A stretch of 60,652 nucleotides of DNA from Bacteriovorax sp. (lineage in GTDB: Bacteria; Bdellovibrionota; Bacteriovoracia; Bacteriovoracales; Bacteriovoracaceae). The position numbers were made by a program, and so were the translations under genes. A model generated the notes under the pieces. That model was not told where the DNA came from, did not search any database, and saw nothing but the letters and a program-made list of their open reading frames with translations. Positions 38,537 to 49,100 of this stretch are shown here, one piece after another (position 1 is the stretch's first letter; each line of letters begins with the position of its first letter). Location: positions 1-60,652 of the forward strand of contig DAIQAU010000002.1 in NCBI GenBank assembly GCA_036781565.1. Reading direction: 5' to 3'.

Positions 38537-39292
38537 ATGTCAAAAATTTTCTTGTTTTTATTTCTCTCACTATTCTCAATTTTTTCTTATGCTCACGAGA
38601 ATGAAAATGGAATAAGTCTTGAATCAAAAATACCTTCGACAATAGTTGCAGGTAAAATTCATTATACTTTTGACTTATATGACAATACCGCCAAAAGAAA
38701 CTTAACTGATTCTGACTTGACGGATTCACATGAAAATAGAGTTCATCTCTTTATTTACGATTCTGCATTAAAAGAATTTAAACACGTTCACCCGCAATTT
38801 ATTAACGACGAATGGACAATTGATTTTGAACTGAATGTGAATGGTCAGTATTGGGTATGGGCCCAGGCGACTCTACTTTCAGACGGCGACGAATTTTCAG
38901 CATCCGAAAAAATCAATGTCGTTAATGGAAAAATTCCAAATGAAATTCCATCGAGCTTAGGAGAAATCAAAACGGCTTCGGATGACATTTCAGTTGCAAC
39001 TGTATCCGGAAAAGCAAAGGTTAACTCACAAAGTATGTTGATGGTGAAGTTTTCAAGAACAGATGGCACAACACCAGTAGTAACAGATTACCTAGGAGCT
39101 TTCGCTCATATTTTAATTGTACCAAAAGATGGTTCAGCTATTATCCACGCTCACCCAATGTCGACAGGAAAACCTAATGAAGGAATGATTCATGTGACTT
39201 TTCCAAAAGATGGAGAATACAGAATCTGGATTCAATATATGGATGGCGGAATCCTAAGAGTAGTTCAACTTTCAATAAAGGTTAATAAATAA
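38537..39292 (+). CDS. Secreted His-rich two-domain metal-binding protein (YtkA-like repeats)
   Basis: Signal peptide, AHE, HLFI..HVHP and AHIL..HAHP, GxYxxW in both halves. Confidence 0.75.
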   Translation: MSKIFLFLFLSLFSIFSYAHENENGISLESKIPSTIVAGKIHYTFDLYDNTAKRNLTDSDLTDSHENRVHLFIYDSALKEFKHVHPQFINDEWTIDFELNVNGQYWVWAQATLLSDGDEFSASEKINVVNGKIPNEIPSSLGEIKTASDDISVATVSGKAKVNSQSMLMVKFSRTDGTTPVVTDYLGAFAHILIVPKDGSAIIHAHPMSTGKPNEGMIHVTFPKDGEYRIWIQYMDGGILRVVQLSIKVNK

Positions 39293-39534
39293 TGACTTTC
39301 GTAATTTGCAAAGATTGTGGAGATCAATTTAGATCTCCACATCCAGAAGGAAAAATCGGTGAAATTTCTGATTATGCTAATAGTCTCTGCAAGGCCATAA
39401 AGACAGTTTCATGCATGGATCAATGTCAAAAAAACAAAATGACAATTTATAAAATTCCATTAAAGCCCGACGTTAACCTAAACATTAAATCCTTATCATT
39501 AGATGAGACTTTAGAATTCATAAGAAGCCACTAA
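39292..39534 (+). CDS. Small Cys-rich protein (thioredoxin-like ferredoxin/DUF1636-like)
   Basis: VICKDC...CMDQC; TAATG overlap with the upstream gene. Confidence 0.55.
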   Translation: MTFVICKDCGDQFRSPHPEGKIGEISDYANSLCKAIKTVSCMDQCQKNKMTIYKIPLKPDVNLNIKSLSLDETLEFIRSH

Positions 39535-39563
39535 GTCACAAAATTCATGGTTAGGACGTATAC
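39535..39563 (+). promoter_or_regulatory. ECF-sigma-type promoter GTCACA-N16-CGTATAC
   Basis: Same motif and spacing at 45772-45800 (+) and 45730-45758 (-). Confidence 0.7.
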
Positions 39564-39591
39564 ACATAAAACCATCTAAAGGATCTTTCTG

Positions 39592-42500
39592 ATGCTCGAT
39601 AGGATTATTAAATTAGCTCTCACTCAACGACTCATCTTTGTCTCTTTGGCTGCTATGTTAGTTGGCTATGGAGGTTTTGTCCTTACACAACTACCGGTGG
39701 ACGTTTTTCCTGATTTAAATCGTCCTACGGTCACTATCATGACTGAAGCAGAAGGCATGGCCCCTGAGGAAGTTGAAACATTAGTCACCTACCCCGTTGA
39801 AACGGCTTTAAATGGTTTACCTGGAGTTGAGCGGGTACGTTCAAGTTCGGGTGTCGGATTAAGTGTTATATATGTCGAATTTGCATGGGGAACAGAAATT
39901 TACCGAAACCGTCAGACTGTACAGGAAAAGCTGGAGCAGGCTAAAGAAAAGCTTCCAAAAGGAATCACACCTGTTATGGGCCCAATTTCTTCCATCATGG
40001 GAGAAATTCAGCTTGTAGGTCTTTCAGCTAAAGATAATTCTGTGTCGCCAATGCAGCTTAGAACACTCGCCGACTGGACTTTGAGACCTCGATTATTAAG
40101 TATTCCCGGTGTAGCACAGGTTATTTCAATTGGTGGCGGTGTCCGACAATTCCAAATCTTACTATCAGCTTCAAAAATTCAAAAGCTCCAATTAAGCATC
40201 GACGATGTAGAACACTTTCTTTCCGACATCAGTAAAAACACTACAGGTGGATTTATCGATATTGATCGCAAAGAATATTTAATAAGAAATATCGGTGTTA
40301 CTAAAACAAAAGAAGATATTTTAAAATCAGTTGTTGGAATACATCTGGGAAAACCAATTGTTGTTAGTGATATTGCAGAAGTAAAAGAATTACCTCAGGC
40401 AAAACGTGGCGATGCCAGTGTTAATGCCAAAGAAGCTGTCATTATCAGCATTCAAAAACAACCAGGTGCAAGCACGATATTGCTGACAAAAGAAATTCAG
40501 AAAGCACTCGAAGAAATCAAAACGTCCTTACCTGAAAATGTCATTGTTAACCCTAACCTGTTTAAGCAAGCTGACTTCATTGAAAAATCAATCGATAACG
40601 TAAAAGAAGCTTTAAGGGACGGGGTCATTTTAGTCTTAATCGTTTTGTTCTTATTTCTACTGAATTTTAGAACTACAATGATCACAATGACAGCTATTCC
40701 GCTCTCCTTCATGTTAACAGCAATCATTTTCAAGATGTTCGGTTTATCGGTAAACACTATGACTCTTGGGGGACTCGCAATTGCTATTGGTGAACTTGTA
40801 GATGATGCGATTGTAGATGTGGAAAATGTTTTTCGAAGATTAAAAGAAAATAAGGCCCTTCCCGTCCCCCAAAACACTTTTAAAGTTATTTATGAAGCTT
40901 CAAGCGAAGTCAGAAATTCAATCATCATAGCTACAATTATTGTCTGTCTTGTTTTTATTCCATTATTTGCAATGGGTGGTATAGAAGGAAAACTCTTTGC
41001 TCCTTTGGGAATTTCTTATGTCATTTCTCTCTTAGCTTCTATGATTGTTTCACTCACTGTTACACCTGCACTATGTTCTTATCTTCTTACCAAAGGTAGC
41101 CTGCTGGAACATAAAGAAGGGCCTATTGTCCGATTCTTAAAAAAAATGGATCTAAAGATTTTAAATTTCTCTCTGAATAACGAAAAATTAATTATAGGTT
41201 TTACACTTGGATTGTTTCTCTTAGCTGTTGTAACTGCTACACAAATGGGTCGGGACTTTTTACCAAAATTTAATGAAGGAACTGCCACGATTACAGTTCT
41301 TGCACAACCAGGAACCTCATTAACAGAATCAAATCGCATCGGCACTGAAGCAGAAAAACTAATTATGAAGTCTCCTGAAGTCAGTTCTGTTTCAAGAAGA
41401 ACCGGCAGAGCTGAACAAGATGAACACGCAGAAGGTGTTCACTCATCTGAGATTGATGTAGATTTTCATGAAAAAGGTCGTCCTCGTCAGGTTGTACTGG
41501 AAGAAATAAGAAAAAATCTCAATACGCTTGAAGGTGTTTATGTGAATTTGGGGCAACCAATTTCTCACCGACTTGATCACTTACTTTCAGGTGTTAAAGC
41601 ACAAATCGCGATTAAAATATTCGGGCCGGAATTAAATGTTCTCAGACAAAAGGCAAGTGAAATAAACAATGTTTTAAGTGGCACTAAAGGCCTCGTTGAC
41701 TTACAAATTGAGCAACAGGTTCTTGTTCCACAAGTTAAAATTCAACTGTTGAGAGATGACGCTAAAAAATATGGAATTGTTGTCGGGGATCTTGCACAAC
41801 TTCTGCAAAAAGCACTTCAAGGTGAAGTTGTCGGACAAATTTTAGAAAATCAAAAGACGGTTGATGTACTTATGAAGTTTGATGAGACCTCTCGTTCTGA
41901 TCTTGAACTCATAAAAAAAACTCCTATCAAAATTCTTCCAGATGGAAGCAAAGTATTAGTTGAACAAGTTGCTGATGTTTATGAGTCAACTGGACCGAAT
42001 ATTATCAACCGCGAAAATTCACAAAGAAGAATTGTTGTTCAAGCTAATTCATCAGGAAGAGACATAGAAGGACTAATTAATGAATTAAAAAATAAAATAG
42101 AAAAAAATGTAAAATTACCTCAAGGATATTTTATCTCGTACGGAGGACAATTTGAAAGCCAGCAGCAGGCCAGTAAATTAATGGTCGTGCTTGCAGTAAT
42201 GTCTATTTTAGGCATTTATCTTGTTCTTTATATGCACTTCCATTCAGCTTTCATTGCTATTCAAATTATGCTGAATATTCCGATGGCATTCATTGGCGGT
42301 ATTATTGGAATTTATCTTACCGGGAAAATCATTTCGGTAGCGAGTTTAGTTGCCTTTGTTACTCTTTGTGGAATTGCTTCCAGAAACGGAATCATGATGT
42401 TGTCTCATTATTTACATTTAATGAAGCATGAAGGTGAAACCTTTACTAAAGAAATGGTCATTAGAGGTTCTCTCGAAAGATTGGTGCCAGTGCTTATGAC

Positions 42501-42723
42501 GGCCTTGACGGCCATACTTGGTTTAATACCGCTCGTCCTTGCAGGTGGAGACGCAGGTAAAGAAATCCTTCATCCCGTAGCTGTCGTAATTGTTGGAGGT
42601 TTATTGAGTTCAACTTTACTGGACATTTTTGTAACACCAACAATTTTTTACCATTTTGGAAAGAATTCAGCTTTGCATTCGATTGAAAGATCTGAACATA
42701 ACAATATTTTTGAAGGAGAATAA
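39592..42723 (+). CDS. Heavy-metal efflux RND permease (CusA/CzcA family)
   Basis: LPVDVFPDL, AIGELVDDAIVDVENV, ERLVPVLMTA. Confidence 0.92.
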   Translation: MLDRIIKLALTQRLIFVSLAAMLVGYGGFVLTQLPVDVFPDLNRPTVTIMTEAEGMAPEEVETLVTYPVETALNGLPGVERVRSSSGVGLSVIYVEFAWGTEIYRNRQTVQEKLEQAKEKLPKGITPVMGPISSIMGEIQLVGLSAKDNSVSPMQLRTLADWTLRPRLLSIPGVAQVISIGGGVRQFQILLSASKIQKLQLSIDDVEHFLSDISKNTTGGFIDIDRKEYLIRNIGVTKTKEDILKSVVGIHLGKPIVVSDIAEVKELPQAKRGDASVNAKEAVIISIQKQPGASTILLTKEIQKALEEIKTSLPENVIVNPNLFKQADFIEKSIDNVKEALRDGVILVLIVLFLFLLNFRTTMITMTAIPLSFMLTAIIFKMFGLSVNTMTLGGLAIAIGELVDDAIVDVENVFRRLKENKALPVPQNTFKVIYEASSEVRNSIIIATIIVCLVFIPLFAMGGIEGKLFAPLGISYVISLLASMIVSLTVTPALCSYLLTKGSLLEHKEGPIVRFLKKMDLKILNFSLNNEKLIIGFTLGLFLLAVVTATQMGRDFLPKFNEGTATITVLAQPGTSLTESNRIGTEAEKLIMKSPEVSSVSRRTGRAEQDEHAEGVHSSEIDVDFHEKGRPRQVVLEEIRKNLNTLEGVYVNLGQPISHRLDHLLSGVKAQIAIKIFGPELNVLRQKASEINNVLSGTKGLVDLQIEQQVLVPQVKIQLLRDDAKKYGIVVGDLAQLLQKALQGEVVGQILENQKTVDVLMKFDETSRSDLELIKKTPIKILPDGSKVLVEQVADVYESTGPNIINRENSQRRIVVQANSSGRDIEGLINELKNKIEKNVKLPQGYFISYGGQFESQQQASKLMVVLAVMSILGIYLVLYMHFHSAFIAIQIMLNIPMAFIGGIIGIYLTGKIISVASLVAFVTLCGIASRNGIMMLSHYLHLMKHEGETFTKEMVIRGSLERLVPVLMTALTAILGLIPLVLAGGDAGKEILHPVAVVIVGGLLSSTLLDIFVTPTIFYHFGKNSALHSIERSEHNNIFEGE

Positions 42724-42724
42724 A

Positions 42725-43120
42725 ATGAAAAAAATGATCATTACTTTAATTGCTGCTTTAACGTCTTTGACTTTATTTGCTCACGAAGGCCATGGAAACA
42801 CTCCAGGAAGTTTTAAATCACTTCACGGTGGCACTGTACAAAATGGTAAGCAACTAAATCTCGAAATTATTGTGAATGGAAAAGAAGTGACTATTTTCCC
42901 TACTTCTCACGAAGGGAAAGATGTCCCGTTAAAGGATGTTAAGATTGAAGCCTCTGCAAAGCCTAAAAAAGGAAAACCTTATGCAGTTCAATTTTCACCT
43001 GCATCTGGTAATGGTCTATCTACATCCGTTGACTTAAAAGGAGCGAATAGACTTCCTCTAGAAATTTCTGTAACCAATCAGGGAAAGACAGATAAGTTTA
43101 CAGTTCAGGTTGAAGAATAA
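42725..43120 (+). CDS. Periplasmic His-motif protein
   Basis: AAGGAG RBS, signal peptide, AHEGHG..HGG. Confidence 0.75.
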   Translation: MKKMIITLIAALTSLTLFAHEGHGNTPGSFKSLHGGTVQNGKQLNLEIIVNGKEVTIFPTSHEGKDVPLKDVKIEASAKPKKGKPYAVQFSPASGNGLSTSVDLKGANRLPLEISVTNQGKTDKFTVQVEE

Positions 43121-43122
43121 AT

Positions 43123-44355
43123 ATGGTGTTTTTCATGCAAACAAAATTCAGTTTTAAAATACTTCCTCTCTTTTTGGGAGGAGTATTTCTAAATAGCGCT
43201 TACGCTGATCAAAGTATCTTTAGCCAAAACATTGACGTATCAAAGAATGAATCAGAATTTTTGAAGTCAAAAGAAGAGCAGAAATTAGCACGTAGCTTGT
43301 TTCTTCCAGAGCTAAGCATTAATGGCGGCCTTGGTTCAGAAAAATTAAATGACAAGACAGATAAAGAAGAAGGTCCATACTTATTTCTTGAAGGAAAGAT
43401 AAATCTTTTTAAAGGTGGAAGAGATCAAACTCAAGTTGAAAAAATTAATCTTGAGACGAAAAAACGTTTATTGGAGACTGAAATCTCTGGAAGAAAATTA
43501 AAAATTGAATCCTTCAAACTGATTACGGAAACAAATCGTTTGAAGGCAGAAAATGATCTCCTTCTAAAAGAAATTAAGGACAATCAAATTCAAAGAAATA
43601 TGGCCCTAAAAAAGGTCAATGCCGGTCTTACGACTAATGTTGATATTCTGGATTTCGATATTAAGGAACAAAATTTAAATAACAGAGTTGCAATTAATAA
43701 TCTCAATATAGAGACTAACATTAAAAATTTGCTTGCTTTGTATGCTGGTAAATCTACATTAAGCGAAATCGAAAGTAATTTTGACAATACAGATGAAAAG
43801 AAAATCGAAGGTTACAACTCTGCTGATTGGATAAATATTTCGGCAGCCAAGCTTGATTATGAAATAAGTTCACTGGATAAGAAAATTGTACGTTCAGAAT
43901 ATAGTCCTGTTATCGACTTAGAAGCGAAATGGGGTCAGATCACGCCTCAGCAAGAAGTCCTTAAAAACGAAAAAGAACATCAAGTTTTATTAAATATCAA
44001 TATCCCTTTATATACTGGCGGAACAACTAGTTACAAAACTCAACAGGCCATCCTAGAATCTTCTCAAAAAGAAAGAGAACTAAGACAGATTGAAATTGAA
44101 GCCAAAACAAATTTCGACGTCGAACAGAAAAAAATCGAAACATTACAAACACTCTTAAAATCGTATCAACAAATTCTTTCAAAAGCTGAAAACTACAAAT
44201 CACTGACTGTAAGCGAATACAAAAGAGGAATCAAAAATTCTCCTGATGTCATTTCAGCTTCAGATAAACTCTTAGAAGTAGCGATTAAAACGCTCGAGAC
44301 GAAAACAGAGTTATCTGTGGCAACGTTTTCTTTCAGTGAAAATTTCAAACACTAA
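43123..44355 (+). CDS. TolC family outer-membrane protein
   Basis: FLPELSI, NLFKGG, YSPVID, NIPLYTGG, EYKRG. Confidence 0.85.
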   Translation: MVFFMQTKFSFKILPLFLGGVFLNSAYADQSIFSQNIDVSKNESEFLKSKEEQKLARSLFLPELSINGGLGSEKLNDKTDKEEGPYLFLEGKINLFKGGRDQTQVEKINLETKKRLLETEISGRKLKIESFKLITETNRLKAENDLLLKEIKDNQIQRNMALKKVNAGLTTNVDILDFDIKEQNLNNRVAINNLNIETNIKNLLALYAGKSTLSEIESNFDNTDEKKIEGYNSADWINISAAKLDYEISSLDKKIVRSEYSPVIDLEAKWGQITPQQEVLKNEKEHQVLLNINIPLYTGGTTSYKTQQAILESSQKERELRQIEIEAKTNFDVEQKKIETLQTLLKSYQQILSKAENYKSLTVSEYKRGIKNSPDVISASDKLLEVAIKTLETKTELSVATFSFSENFKH

Positions 44356-44364
44356 GGAGTACTC

Positions 44365-44784
44365 ATGAAAATTCTTATTTCAACTTTATTAATGTTTTTG
44401 GCCGCCAATGCCTTTGCTCACGGTGAAAACAAATTTGGGCCACACAAAGGATATATCCGAATGCCAGGTGCTTTTCACACTGAACTTGTACCAGCTGAGA
44501 ACAACTCGTTCTTAGTCTATTTAATGGATGTAAACAATAAGATGCCCACAACAAAAGAATCTTCTCTTACATTAGTATACAACAGTGACGAAAGCATTGT
44601 GTTTGAATGTAAGCCTACAGATGATCATTATTCTTGTAATACAGATAAAAAAGTTAATCTTACAAAAGGCCAAATTACTTTAAAACCTTCACGTTTGGGC
44701 AGAAAAGGCAAAGAGGCCATATATGATCTACCTTTGAGTTTAGATGTCACAAAGAATGCCCATAGCGGCCATACTGGTAAATAA
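44365..44784 (+). CDS. Periplasmic His-motif protein
   Basis: Signal peptide, AHGENKFGPHKG..FHTELV, C-terminal HSGH. Confidence 0.75.
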   Translation: MKILISTLLMFLAANAFAHGENKFGPHKGYIRMPGAFHTELVPAENNSFLVYLMDVNNKMPTTKESSLTLVYNSDESIVFECKPTDDHYSCNTDKKVNLTKGQITLKPSRLGRKGKEAIYDLPLSLDVTKNAHSGHTGK

Positions 44785-44792
44785 TCGGATGA

Positions 44793-45203
44793 ACTATTAA
44801 GACTTCGCTTCGTTTTAATCTACTTTATTTACTTTCAGGCTTTATCTTAAATTTCATTTGGGAATACATACAGTGTTCCCCTTTTTTTATACATAACTAT
44901 AATAAACCAACACTTGGTTCTATGGTCATTGCTTCTTTTGGGGACTTAATAATTATGACGGCCATTTTACTTTTACTTCCAATGTTTAAAGTAAAATGGC
45001 ATGTAATGATAAAATTAGAAATATTGGCTTTAAGTGCAGCCTTTATTGTTGAACTATACGCTACAAAAACACAACGTTGGTTTTATACAAACGCAAACAT
45101 ACTTATACCATGGGTAAAGATTTCAATTTTTCCTCTTTTGCAAATGATGATCATAGTGCCAATAAGCTTCAAACTTTCAGACTACTACACGAGAAAGAAT
45201 TAA
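44793..45203 (+). CDS. Membrane protein; frame is open upstream of the called ATG at 44922
   Basis: In-frame LNFIWEYIQ..SFGD hydrophobic segments from 44793; no ATG/GTG/TTG in frame until 44922. Confidence 0.5.
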   Translation, partial: TIKTSLRFNLLYLLSGFILNFIWEYIQCSPFFIHNYNKPTLGSMVIASFGDLIIMTAILLLLPMFKVKWHVMIKLEILALSAAFIVELYATKTQRWFYTNANILIPWVKISIFPLLQMMIIVPISFKLSDYYTRKN

Positions 45204-45709
45204 TAAACTATCGTCTGAACTTCTTTTAAATCAATTCCAGTTTCTGGTTGAGCGACGATGCAGTTTTTTTCCAACTGAGCGGCTTCTTTTTCATTGATCA
45301 AAGTTTCACTTTCGAGCATCTTTTTAATTTTCCCATTTTCAACTTGGAAATTTACAAGTTTTTCACCAATGAGTTTTGGTTCAACAATGACAGCTGAGCC
45401 CAACTTCTTTTCATGTAAATTGAATAACATTCTACCGTTTCGATGGATTTCTTTGTGATAAAGATCTATCTTCTTTCCTACTTCAGGAAGATTATATTCA
45501 GTAGCTTTTTCGAGCTCTCTTCCTTGTCTATTGTGAGAGAATTTCATTTTATAAACTTCTACTTTTTGACCAGTTCTAACTTCATTATAGTCACGACATA
45601 TTAAAATTTTATTACTTGGTAGAATTTCTGTAATCTGATGGAAAGCTCGTGATTGCAAAGGGATTAAACTGCTAAGAATTAGAGAAGATAAAATGATTTT
45701 GTACTTCAT
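45200..45709 (-). CDS. Secreted hypothetical protein
   Basis: GGAGG RBS, signal peptide, ICRDYNEVRTGQKV similar to the 19633 lipoprotein. Confidence 0.7.
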   Translation of the reverse strand: MKYKIILSSLILSSLIPLQSRAFHQITEILPSNKILICRDYNEVRTGQKVEVYKMKFSHNRQGRELEKATEYNLPEVGKKIDLYHKEIHRNGRMLFNLHEKKLGSAVIVEPKLIGEKLVNFQVENGKIKKMLESETLINEKEAAQLEKNCIVAQPETGIDLKEVQTIVY

Positions 45710-45729
45710 TGGAGACCTCCATTTAATAG

Positions 45730-45800
45730 GTATACGTCAAAGACCTACGATTTGTGACCAAGCGTTGTAAAGTCACAAAAACATTACGATCGGCGTATAC
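45730..45800. promoter_or_regulatory. Back-to-back ECF-type promoters
   Basis: GTCACA-N16-CGTATAC on the minus strand (45730-45758) and plus strand (45772-45800). Confidence 0.7.
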
Positions 45801-45822
45801 AAATAAAAACAAAGGAGGAAGT

Positions 45823-46149
45823 ATGAAATTTATTTTGACTATGGTTCTGACTACTTTTATTAGCTTTGCTTATGGAGCTAATAGCACTGAAAAAGTTAAT
45901 ATCAATGTAACTGACAATGGCTTTGAACCAAGCCAAATTAAAGTGAAGCCTGGAAGTGATGTTGAACTTGAAGTCACTCGAAAAACGAATGAAACTTGTG
46001 CTACCGAAATTTCGATTCCATCAAAAGGAATTAAAAAGTCATTACCATTAAATAAAACCGTAAATATTAAATTGGGACAATTAAAGAAAGGCGAAGTCAA
46101 ATTTAGCTGTGGGATGGATATGATTAGCGGTGTAATTAATATTCAATAG
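45823..46149 (+). CDS. Cupredoxin-domain protein
   Basis: AAGGAGG RBS; GFEPSQIKV, TCAT, FSCGMDM. Confidence 0.88.
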   Translation: MKFILTMVLTTFISFAYGANSTEKVNINVTDNGFEPSQIKVKPGSDVELEVTRKTNETCATEISIPSKGIKKSLPLNKTVNIKLGQLKKGEVKFSCGMDMISGVINIQ

Positions 46150-46190
46150 AAAAAATCATCAAGATCATATTCCATAAAAAGAGGCCCAAT

Positions 46191-49100
46191 TTAATGGGCC
46201 ACTCTTCCTTTAAATTTATTTTCAAAAATTGAATAAAGTATTGGCAGTACAACCAACGTTAAAATTGTTGATGAAACAATCCCACCGATAACAACTGAAG
46301 CTAAAGGCTTTTGTACTTCTGATCCAATACCAGTAGAAAGCATCATTGGTAAAAAACCAAAGATTGCAACTAAAGCTGTCATAAGCACCGGACGAAGCCT
46401 GATCAAGGTGCCTGTAACAACTAGATCTTTGCCTGTTCTTCCTTCAAGCTTGAGCTGATTAAAATAATTAACCAGAACAACACCATTCAAAACCGCAATC
46501 CCCGAGAGAGCAATGAATCCTACTCCGGCCGAAATACTAAATGGCAAATTATTCAGCATTAAACTAACGATTCCCCCAACTAGCGCGAATGGAACGCATG
46601 AGAAAATAAGTAATGTCTGTCCAACGCTTCTAAAGGCAGCATAAATCATAAATAGGACGATCGTTAAGGCGATCGGAGTAAGAATCATCAGTCTTTGTCT
46701 TGCTTCTTGTAGGTTTTTAAAATTTCCTCCCCAAGTTAAATAATATCCTTGCGGTAACTTTACTTTTTCCTCTACAAGTTTTTTTGCTTCGTTAACAAAA
46801 CTTTCCGTGTCTCTCCCCCTTAAATTGACTAATACAGCAGACCTTCGATTAGAATCTTCACGCGATATCGATCCATAAGTTTCTGCAAAATAGATTTTTG
46901 TAAGATTGGATAACGGAGTTGTAACGTTGGTACCAATTCCTACAGGCAAACCTCTAATCGTTTCAAGATCGGATCTGTCAATTTCTGCTAGTCTAACTAC
47001 AATGGGAAACTTTTTTTCATTTTCAAATAAAGTTCCAGCTTCCTTACCTCCGAGTGCAATAGAAACAGTATCAAGTATATCAGCAGTACTTGCACCATAG
47101 CGATGAACGGAATTATCAATAGGCTCAATTTTTAATACTGGACTTGTACCGGCCAAATCTTCTTCGACATCACCAGCACCTTCAACTGTTGACACAACTT
47201 CTTTAATTTCCTTTGCCTTATCCATAATTGTTTTTAAATCAGGACCAAAGATTTTAATTGAAACATCCGCCCTTGTACCTTCGAGCAATTCATTAAAACG
47301 CATTTGAATAGGTTGTGAGGCAAGATAATTCTGTCCTGGAACTTCTTTTTCTAATTTCCCAATGAGAGCGTTAACCAATGATTGAAATGTATGCTTTTTA
47401 CTGCCATTGCTTTCAGGCCATTTAGATTTATCTTTCAACATTATATATGTATCTGAAATATTCACGCCCATGGGATCAGTGGCGACTTCGCTTGTTCCAA
47501 TTCTTGAAAAGACATTTTCCACTTCAGGAAATTTCATGATCACTTCTTCAGCTTTTCTCTGGAGAGCTATTGATTGATCAAGACTGGTGTTTACAGGTCT
47601 GATCATGTGAAAAGCAAAAGACCCTTCACTTAACTGAGGCAAAAATTCAGCACCACTTCGCATGAACAAAAAAACTCCAATGATAACTGCCGCCAATGAG
47701 GCACCTATGGTGAATTTCTTCAATGAGAAAGTTGCTTCTAATACAGGCTTGTAAATTTTTTTAATCCACAACATAAATTTTGGTTCTTTGTCTTCAGCGT
47801 CTCTGGATAATATTAGTGATGCCATGGCTGGAGCAGTTGTAAAAGAAAGCATTAAGGCTGAAATGACCGCAATTGCAAACGTAGCGGCCATCGGTCTGAA
47901 CATTTTCCCTTCAACTCCAACAAGAGCGAAAATAGGAAGGAAGACAACTACAACAATAAGTTCTCCAAAACCAGCAGCAACTCTAACTTCTACAGTGGCA
48001 TCATAAACCGCTTTCTGTAATTCTTCTTTGGTCAATTTTCTTCCAAGATGTTTTGTCTTTTCATGAATAAATCTAACGCAATTGTCAATGAGAATTACAG
48101 TTCCATCAACGATGATTCCAAAATCAAGCGCTCCTAAACTCATCAAATTCCCAGATAAGCCCAATGGTTTCATAATTAAAAATGTCATCAGTAAGCTTAA
48201 TGGAATCGTAAATGCCGTAATAATGGCTGCTCTGATATTACCGAGTAAGACAAATAGAACAACTATAACTAGTGTGGCTCCCATAATAAGGTTATGTTCA
48301 ACTGTTCCGAGAGTTGCATTAACGAGATCTGATCTATTGTAAACAGTATTCAAAACAAAATCAGATGGTAAAGTTTTAGAAATTTCTTCCACCTTCTCCT
48401 GAATTCGGGTGGAAACATTTCGACTATTTTCTCCCAAAAGCATCATTGCTGTACCTAGTACAACTTCATGTCCATTGACTGTTGCAGAACCAGTACGCAA
48501 TTCTTTTCCCAAGGCCACTTGTGCAATATCGCCAATTTTTATAATTCTAAAAGAATCCAGTTGCTTTACTGGGACATTTTTTATGTCTTCAATGTTTTTA
48601 AAAAGCCCAATCCCTTGAATGAGAAATTGCTCGGCACTCTGTGAAACATAACCTCCACCAACGTTCTGATTTACTTTTTCCAATGCCTCTACTATTTCAT
48701 CGAAATGGACTCCGTATGATGCCATTTTCTTAACATCCGGTTGTACGTGAAATTGTTTTTCATATCCACCGGTAGTGTTAATTTCAGCTACTCCTTCGAC
48801 AGTTAAAAGTCTTGGTTTAACAAACCAATCCTGCAAAGCTTTAACATCCATAAGCTGCTTAAGTCTTTCTTCGCTATTTGTTGAAGGATTTTTAACGTCT
48901 AAGGAGTATTGATAGATTTCACCAAGGCCTGTAGAAATTGGCCCCAATTCTGCTTTTGCGCCTTTTGGTAATTCAGAAAGTACTCCTTGCAATCTTTCAG
49001 AGACGACTTGCCTTGCACGATATATATCAAGTCCATCTTTAAAAACTACAGTGACCTGAGATAGGCCAAAACGGGTAATACTTCTAACTTGCTCAACACC

